The notes beneath the pieces were generated by a model, which made no database searches, was not told the DNA's origin, and saw nothing but the letters and a program-made list of their open reading frames with translations. A stretch of DNA of 64,000 nucleotides from an uncultured bacterium (GTDB lineage: Bacteria; Verrucomicrobiota; Verrucomicrobiia; Verrucomicrobiales; DEV007), in assembly GCA_963977015.1 (NCBI GenBank), contig CAXBMO010000004.1, positions 128,001-192,000 on the forward strand, written 5' to 3'. The translations under genes and the position numbers were made by a program. This document shows positions 57,481-64,000 of the stretch, piece after piece; the first letter of the stretch is position 1; each line of letters starts with the position of its first letter.

Positions 57481-57566
57481 GACGGTTTTCCCGGATGAAG
57501 TTGTCGGTTCGCGATTCTGCGGGCCTTGCAAAAGCAACCATCAACCATCCGACACGACTCCACCCA

Positions 57567-59015
57567 ATGAAAACCATGACCACGACCGGCGGCAATCCCG
57601 TCGCCGACAACCAGAACAGCCAAAGCGCCGGCCCGCGCGGGCCACTCCTGCTTCAGGACTATCAGCTGATCGAAAAACTGGCGCACCAGAACCGGGAACG
57701 GATCCCGGAACGCGTCGTTCACGCCAAGGGCTCCGGCGCCTACGGGACGTTCACGGTGACCAACGACATCACCCGCTACACCCGGGCCAACCTCTTCGGC
57801 GAAATCGGCAAGGAAACCCCGGTCCTGCTCCGCTTCTCCACCGTGGCCGGGGAACGCGGCGCGGCCGATGCCGAACGCGACGTTCGCGGTTTTGCCCTCA
57901 AATTCTACACCGAGGAAGGCAACTGGGACCTGGTCGGGAACAACACCCCGGTCTTTTTCGTGCGTGACCCGCTGAAATTCCCCGATTTCATCCACACCCA
58001 GAAGCGTCATCCCAAAACGAACCTGCGGAGCAACACCGCGATGTGGGATTTCTGGTCGCTCTCGCCGGAGTCGCTCCACCAGGTGACGATCCTGATGTCC
58101 GACCGCGGCTTGCCGACCAGTTATCGCGAGATGAACGGCTACGGCTCGCACACCTACTCGTTGCTCAACGCCGACAACGAACGCGTCTGGGTGAAGTTCC
58201 ACTTCAAGTCGCAGCAGGGCATCAAGACCCTGAGCAACGCGGAAGCGGCGGATTTGGTCGGCCAGGATCGCGAGTCGCATCAGCGCGACCTCTTCGAGGC
58301 GATCGAAGCGGGGAATTTTCCGCGCTGGACCGTCAAGATCCAGGTCATGACCGAAGCCGAGGCGGAAACCACCTCCTTCAATCCGTTCGACCTCACCAAG
58401 GTCTGGCCGCACGCGGAGTTTCCGCTGATCGACGTGGGCGTGCTGGAGCTAAATCGCAACCCGGAGAACTACTTCCAGGAAATCGAGCAGGCCGCGTTTT
58501 CGCCGTCGAACATCGTCCCCGGCATCTCCTTTTCGCCGGACAAAATGCTCCAGGCGCGGGTCTTTTCCTACGCCGACGCCCATCGCTACCGGCTCGGCAC
58601 CTGGTATGAAGCCCTGCCCGTGAACCAACCGCGTTCCGCGGTGCGGACCTATCACCTGGACGGCGCGATGAACTTCGCCAAACCGGCGAGCAGCGACGCC
58701 TACTACGAACCGAACTCGATGGGCGGACCGGTCCAGAGTCCCGAATTCGCCGAACCGCCCCTGCCGCTTTCCGGCGCCGCGGACCGCTACGACCACCGCG
58801 AAGGCAACGACGATTTCACCCAGGCCGGCAACCTCTTCCGACTGATGTCGCCCGGGCAACAGGAGCAGCTCTTCCGGAACATCGCCGAAGCGATGGAAGG
58901 CGTCCCACGCGAGATCGTCGAGCGCCAGCTGGCCCACTTCGAACAAGCCGATCCCGCCTACGCTGCCGGCGTGGCCCGGGCGCTCGAGCTGCAACTTCAC
59001 GGGGAGGCCGCCTGA
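57567..59015 (+). CDS. katA: monofunctional heme catalase
   Basis: [42 protein letters not shown]. Confidence 0.96.
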   Translation: MKTMTTTGGNPVADNQNSQSAGPRGPLLLQDYQLIEKLAHQNRERIPERVVHAKGSGAYGTFTVTNDITRYTRANLFGEIGKETPVLLRFSTVAGERGAADAERDVRGFALKFYTEEGNWDLVGNNTPVFFVRDPLKFPDFIHTQKRHPKTNLRSNTAMWDFWSLSPESLHQVTILMSDRGLPTSYREMNGYGSHTYSLLNADNERVWVKFHFKSQQGIKTLSNAEAADLVGQDRESHQRDLFEAIEAGNFPRWTVKIQVMTEAEAETTSFNPFDLTKVWPHAEFPLIDVGVLELNRNPENYFQEIEQAAFSPSNIVPGISFSPDKMLQARVFSYADAHRYRLGTWYEALPVNQPRSAVRTYHLDGAMNFAKPASSDAYYEPNSMGGPVQSPEFAEPPLPLSGAADRYDHREGNDDFTQAGNLFRLMSPGQQEQLFRNIAEAMEGVPREIVERQLAHFEQADPAYAAGVARALELQLHGEAA

Positions 59016-59016
59016 A

Positions 59017-59523
59017 ATGAACGCAACCACCACGACGGTCCCCACCGAATCCGAAGACGCTCGCTACGCGGATTTGCAGCTTCTCGCGATCGACGCAGCG
59101 CGCGATAACGACCACGAGTTGCTCCGCCCGATGCTCCTCGCCGGTCTGCCGGTCAACCTGCAGGACGCGAAAGGCAACACCCTGCTGATGCTGGCCGCCT
59201 ACCACGGCCACGTCGAGACGGTGCGGCTTCTCCTCGAACACGGTGCCGATCCCGACCGGCGCAACGACCGCAATCAGACTCCGCTCGGCGGCGTCGCCTT
59301 CAAGGGCCATCTCGAGATTGCCCGGCTCCTGGTCGCTTCCGGGGCCAATCCCGCCGCGGACCAGGGCGGTGGCCAGACTCCGCTGATGTTTGCCACCTTG
59401 TTCGGGCGGCTCGAGACGGCGCGCTATCTGCGTTCTCTGACGCCACGCAACCGGTTCTCCGGCGGCCTGGATCTGCTGGCCCGGCTCAAGGCGTGGTTGC
59501 GGCGACGTCGGCAACCAAGCTGA
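59017..59523 (+). CDS. ankyrin repeat protein (AnkB-like, catalase-associated)
   Basis: GNTLLMLAAYHG, QTPLGGVAFKG, QTPLMFA repeats; directly after catalase. Confidence 0.9.
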   Translation: MNATTTTVPTESEDARYADLQLLAIDAARDNDHELLRPMLLAGLPVNLQDAKGNTLLMLAAYHGHVETVRLLLEHGADPDRRNDRNQTPLGGVAFKGHLEIARLLVASGANPAADQGGGQTPLMFATLFGRLETARYLRSLTPRNRFSGGLDLLARLKAWLRRRRQPS

Positions 59524-59605
59524 CCCCAGCTGGGTGGGTTCGCCGCCTTTCGGGAAGAATTTGCTGTTCCGCTCGTTCCGGATACACGATAGTATTCCCC
59601 TGACG

Positions 59606-62600
59606 ATGAGCGAATCTGCCCAGCAGAATCGAGTTGCGGAAATCAAGGCCGAAATCGAGCAACGGATGGGCCTCTGCCCTTCGTTTTTCCTGCTCGCGGC
59701 GAATTCGCCCGAAACCATGCAACTCCTCTGGCGCCAGGCTCAGGACGCTTATCTGGACAATCCGCTGCCGTCACTCTTCAAGGAGAAGCTGTTCGCCTAC
59801 CTGTCGCGATTCTGCAGGATCTCCTACTGCATGGCGCGGCATTGCGGGTTTCTCCTTGGCAAGGGACGCGTCGCGGGCGACCCCGGCTGTGACCCGCTGG
59901 CGCCGGAGGAAGTGTTGCGCTTGCTTCAGGATCCCCTCGTCATGAATGATGAACTGGCCGCGCGGCTTCGCACGCTGGATTCGATCGACGCTCCGCTCGA
60001 GCCGTGGCCGCAGCCCGGTGATGAAGTTGAAACCAGCCTGATCGCCTGTTCGGTTCCGGTTTTTTTGCGCCAGGGCAATCACGAACAGTGTCTGGAGGCA
60101 TTGCGCCGCGTCCTCGGGCCGACGCGGTGCGACCACTTGTTGCTGCTATTCGCCTTCATCCAGACCGCGCACTTCTGGACGGAGACGCATCCGGAACTGG
60201 CCTACGAAGGTGACGTGCAGCGGTTGCTCGACGAACAACACGCCCTGAACGAGTGGATTCACTCCTACCCCTCGGCGGTGGGCGAGGAATTGCGGCAGGA
60301 GACGCTCGATGAATTGGCGCAACTCCGCACCGTTCACTCGGCGCTCCGAAAAAGCGAACAACGCCTCCTGGCAACCATCGAGTCAGCACCGGTCGCGATC
60401 GTGATGTCCGACCGCGCGGGCCGCATCGTGCTCGTCAACGCCCGGACTGAAAACCTTTTGGGTTACTCCCGCGACGAGTTGCTTGGCCAACCTGTCGAAC
60501 GGCTGGTGCCGACGCGGTTTCGGGCCCAGCTTGCCGCCTACCGCGCCGACTACTTCGAGAATCCCGGAGTCCGGGAATTGAGCGCCGACCAGGAATTGTT
60601 CGCCCTGCGCAAGGACGGCAGCGAATTTCCGGTTGATGTCGGTTTGAGCCCAATCGAGACCGAGGACGGCTTGTTTGTGCTGAGCACCTTGTTTGACCTC
60701 ACCGAGCGCAAACAAGCCGAAAAAGCGCTGCGTCAATTGAGCGAGAACCTGAGCCAGCAGGTGGAGGATCGCACCCATGATTTGCGCGATGCCCGCGACG
60801 ACGCCGAAGCCGCCAACCGGGCAAAAAGCGAGTTTCTCGCCAACATGAGCCACGAGATCCGCACGCCGATGAACGGGGTCATTGGAATGACGGAGTTGCT
60901 GCTGAAAACCTCGCTCTCTCCCGATCAGCGCCACTACCTGGACCTGGTGCGCCAGTCGGCCGAATCGCTGCTCGTGCTGATCGACGACATCCTGGATTTT
61001 TCCAAAATCGAAGCCGGCAAGCTGGAGTTGTTCCCGGCCGAGTTCAACCTGCACGACCTGCTCGGCGCGACCCTCCAGGGGCTGGGCCACCGGGCGGCTG
61101 AAAAAAGACTGGAACTGGCCTACAGGGTCGCGCCCGAAGTCCCGGTCTGCCTCGTCGGCGACGCCAGCCGACTCCGCCAGATCGTCGTCAACCTCGTCAG
61201 CAATGCGATCAAATTCACCAAACAAGGCGAAGTCGTGGCCGAGGTGGAACTGGAAGCGTCCGAGGTCAGCGGCGATGAATCTGAGTTCATCCTGCACTTT
61301 CGGGTGCGCGACACCGGCTGCGGCATCCCGGCTGAAAAACGGGAGGCGATCTTCGAGTCATTCACCCAGGTCGACGGCACGGCGCAACGCCGCTTTGGCG
61401 GAACCGGTCTGGGATTGACCATCAGCCGCCAGTTGGTCGAGATGATGGACGGACGCATTTGGGTGGAAAGTGAGGTCGACGCCGGAACCACCGTTCACTT
61501 CACGGCCCGATTCGGTGTCGGCGAGGGCTCCGGGCGCATCACCCCGGCTCCGCCGGAATCGCTCCACCAGTTGCGGGTGCTGGTGGTGGACGACAACGCC
61601 ACCAATCGCGAAATCCTGGAAGAGAGCCTGCGGATGTGGCGGATGAAGCCGCTCATTGCAAAAAGCGGGCCACAGGCGCTGGAAATTCTGGAACAGGAAA
61701 GCGCGACTCCAGAACCGGTCCAGCTGATCCTGCTGGACATGATGATGCCGAAAATGGATGGCGAATCCGTGGCCCGCGAAGTGCGCAAACGGTTCGGCGA
61801 CGGTGCTCCCAAGATGCTGATTCTCTCTTCCCTGGGCCAACTCCTTTCGACGCGGAAGATGACCAAGCTCGGAATCAGCCGGGTTCTGACCAAACCGGTG
61901 CGGGCATCCCAGTTGCTCGACGCGATCGCGCAGGCCTTCGGCGCCAGCGAAATGAATGCGGACAAGCCCCCGAGTATCACCGCAGCCGTTTCCGTGCGTC
62001 CGTTGCGAGTGCTTTTGGCCGAAGACAACCAGATCAACCGCATCGTCGCCCTGAAGTTGCTGGAGGAGCGCGGACATTCCGTCACGGCGGTCGAGAACGG
62101 TGCCGAAGCGCTCCAGGAATTGGAGCGCGAGCCGTTCGACGCGGTCGTCATGGACGTGCAGATGCCGGTGATGGACGGGATCGCTGCGGCGAAGGAAATC
62201 CGTCATCGGGAGAAGATCACCGGCCGTAAACCGACCCCCATCATCGCCCTCACCGCCGACGCGATGCAGGCGGACCGGGAACGCTGCCTGGCGGTCGGAA
62301 TGGATGGCTACGTCGCCAAACCCGTGCGATCGGCCGAACTCTATGCGGCCCTCGAACAGGGCGGGACCCGGACCGATCAGGCAGCTCAGAGTCTCGAAAT
62401 GAGAGATCAGGAAGGAATTTTCGACCCGGAGACGTTCCGCAAGGCCATGAAAGATCCCCACCTCATGCGCGACATGATCGACGCCTATCGCGAGGAATTG
62501 CCGCGTTGGATGGAGGCGGCCGAAACCGCCCTGGCAGATGGCGACGGCAAAGCCTTGCACCGGGTGGCCCACGCACTCAAAGGGATGGTCGGCAACTTTA

Positions 62601-62752
62601 CGATCGGCGAGCCCTATCAGCAAACCAACGAACTCTATATGCTGACCAATAGCGGGCAGCTTACCCAGGACATCGAGACCATGCTCAACAGTCTTCAAGA
62701 GCAACTGACCGGGTTGAAGGATGAACTGGAAGCCTTCAGCGCGACGCTGTGA
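59606..62752 (+). CDS. hybrid sensor histidine kinase: AhpD-like N-terminus, PAS, HisKA, HATPase, two REC, Hpt
   Basis: RKDGSEFPV (PAS/PAC); [25 protein letters not shown]; two receiver domains; HALKG Hpt. Confidence 0.92.
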   Translation: MSESAQQNRVAEIKAEIEQRMGLCPSFFLLAANSPETMQLLWRQAQDAYLDNPLPSLFKEKLFAYLSRFCRISYCMARHCGFLLGKGRVAGDPGCDPLAPEEVLRLLQDPLVMNDELAARLRTLDSIDAPLEPWPQPGDEVETSLIACSVPVFLRQGNHEQCLEALRRVLGPTRCDHLLLLFAFIQTAHFWTETHPELAYEGDVQRLLDEQHALNEWIHSYPSAVGEELRQETLDELAQLRTVHSALRKSEQRLLATIESAPVAIVMSDRAGRIVLVNARTENLLGYSRDELLGQPVERLVPTRFRAQLAAYRADYFENPGVRELSADQELFALRKDGSEFPVDVGLSPIETEDGLFVLSTLFDLTERKQAEKALRQLSENLSQQVEDRTHDLRDARDDAEAANRAKSEFLANMSHEIRTPMNGVIGMTELLLKTSLSPDQRHYLDLVRQSAESLLVLIDDILDFSKIEAGKLELFPAEFNLHDLLGATLQGLGHRAAEKRLELAYRVAPEVPVCLVGDASRLRQIVVNLVSNAIKFTKQGEVVAEVELEASEVSGDESEFILHFRVRDTGCGIPAEKREAIFESFTQVDGTAQRRFGGTGLGLTISRQLVEMMDGRIWVESEVDAGTTVHFTARFGVGEGSGRITPAPPESLHQLRVLVVDDNATNREILEESLRMWRMKPLIAKSGPQALEILEQESATPEPVQLILLDMMMPKMDGESVAREVRKRFGDGAPKMLILSSLGQLLSTRKMTKLGISRVLTKPVRASQLLDAIAQAFGASEMNADKPPSITAAVSVRPLRVLLAEDNQINRIVALKLLEERGHSVTAVENGAEALQELEREPFDAVVMDVQMPVMDGIAAAKEIRHREKITGRKPTPIIALTADAMQADRERCLAVGMDGYVAKPVRSAELYAALEQGGTRTDQAAQSLEMRDQEGIFDPETFRKAMKDPHLMRDMIDAYREELPRWMEAAETALADGDGKALHRVAHALKGMVGNFTIGEPYQQTNELYMLTNSGQLTQDIETMLNSLQEQLTGLKDELEAFSATL

Positions 62753-62872
62753 TCCGGAAAACTTTTCGCGCCACTCCGGGAGAACCTTACTCAATCACCA
62801 GAAAGAAATTGCTGATCTGGCCGGTGTGAATATCTTTAAGGTCGTCCTCTCCACCCAATAACCCCTCACTCC

Positions 62873-64000
62873 ATGAAAATCCTGGTCGCCGATGACGATA
62901 TGGTGACGCTGAAACGAATTCGACGCTTGGTAGAGTCGTGGGGATATGAATGTATCTCCGCTCCCGACGGGCAGGTGGCAGCGGATCTCTACGAGGAAGA
63001 GCGCCCCCCGATCGTCGTGACCGATTGGCTCATGCCGGGGTTGGACGGTCTGGAATTGCTACGGCGGATTCGCAAACACGACCACTCCACCTACGTGATC
63101 ATGCTGACGATTCGCGGAGAGACCGAAGATCTGGTGGAGGCGATGGACGGCGGCGCCGACGATTTTTTGAGCAAACCTTTCGCCAATGAAGAATTGCTGG
63201 CGCGAATCCGCGCGGGAGCGCGACTCGTTGAGAACGAGCGAAACCTGGAACGCAAGAACCGGCAACTCGCTTGGGCGAACGTGACCATCGCCACTTCCCA
63301 CCGGCGCATCAAGGGAGAACTGGAAGCGGCGGCTCGCATTCAAGCGGCGTTCTTGCCCAGAAACCTCCCTGAACTCCCCAACCTGCGTTTCGGTTGGCGA
63401 TTCGAGCCCTGCCAGGAGCTGTCTGGCGATGCGTTCAACATCCTGCCATTCGACGACAGTCACGTGGGCGTCTTCGTGGCCGACGTCAGCGGTCACGGGG
63501 TGGCATCGTCGCTGCTTTCCGTGCAACTGAATCGCTTGTTGAGCCGATTCGACGAGCCGGATTCCTTGCTGCAACCCCGGGACGGGTTTTCCCAGCCACC
63601 CTCCGCAGTGGCGGAAAAGTTGAACAACCTGTTTCCGTTCGATCAAGACCTCGTCCAATACTTCACCTTTCTCTACGGAGTCTTCGATCTGGACCGGCAC
63701 GTGTTTCGTTACACCTCAGCGGGCCACTCCGGCCCCATCGTCGTCTCGCAGGAGGGAATCCACGTCGAACCGGCCATGCCACCGGCGGTCGGGTTCTTTC
63801 CGGGGGCCCACTTCACCGAAGCCGAGGTGGAACTTCATCCCGGCGACCGGCTGTTTCTTTACACCGACGGGATCTTCGAGGTCAGCAACGGCAAGGGTGA
63901 GGAATTGGGGGAAAATCGCCTCGCCACTCTCCTTGCGGAGAATCTCACGGAGTCGCTGGACGAAAGTCTGAGCCGGTTGATCGGCGAGGTTCACTCTTGG
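62873..64000 (+). CDS. response regulator with PP2C/SpoIIE phosphatase domain (RsbU-like); truncated by the window end
   Basis: Read directly from ATG 62873: MKILVADDD, DWLMP, GADDFLSKP, SGDAF, ADVSGHG, YTDG. Confidence 0.9.
   Translation, partial: MKILVADDDMVTLKRIRRLVESWGYECISAPDGQVAADLYEEERPPIVVTDWLMPGLDGLELLRRIRKHDHSTYVIMLTIRGETEDLVEAMDGGADDFLSKPFANEELLARIRAGARLVENERNLERKNRQLAWANVTIATSHRRIKGELEAAARIQAAFLPRNLPELPNLRFGWRFEPCQELSGDAFNILPFDDSHVGVFVADVSGHGVASSLLSVQLNRLLSRFDEPDSLLQPRDGFSQPPSAVAEKLNNLFPFDQDLVQYFTFLYGVFDLDRHVFRYTSAGHSGPIVVSQEGIHVEPAMPPAVGFFPGAHFTEAEVELHPGDRLFLYTDGIFEVSNGKGEELGENRLATLLAENLTESLDESLSRLIGEVHSW

Noticed and set aside
48903-62794. Long minus-strand ORFs 48903-50588, 56041-57537, 57384-58412, 61358-62794
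   Set aside because: Shadows of well-supported plus-strand genes
20840-64000. attR copy of the tRNA-Arg 3' end, integrase or prophage genes
   Set aside because: None found by manual reading; a short degenerate att could have been missed

Overview
GC-rich bacterial chromosome segment. Gene content (sulfatase, PL10, FecR-LamG/ECF pairs, ECF-Ser/Thr kinase pair, GH75, DUF5069, A/C-rich leaders) suggests a Verrucomicrobiota/PVC organism; this is an inference. From left to right: an ABC/MFP/OMF export operon led by a Cys-rich ORF; a REP-associated tyrosine transposase (RAYT) flanked by five GTAG REPs; polysaccharide-related enzymes; a jetABC/mksFEB-type SMC operon with no jetD; tRNA-Arg(ACG); then a ~14 kb defence island (about 20.9-35.1 kb). 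The island holds a type I R-M system whose hsdS-hsdR interval carries four cargo genes: GmrSD, a zincin peptidase-RelE/ParE-like fusion, Fic, and a GIY-YIG-OGG-like glycosylase fusion. It is headed by an HSP90/GHKL-zincin gene. The rest contains ECF/kinase modules, an AhpD operon with a TetR-type operator, a MocR regulator, a glycoside hydrolase bracketed by a duplicated gene end, a BRCT islet, and an oxyR-dcu-catalase-ankyrin-hybrid kinase-PP2C oxidative-stress locus that runs off the window. The uncharacterised R-M cargo genes are the best candidates for an undescribed system. All calls come from motif recognition by eye; no searches were run.
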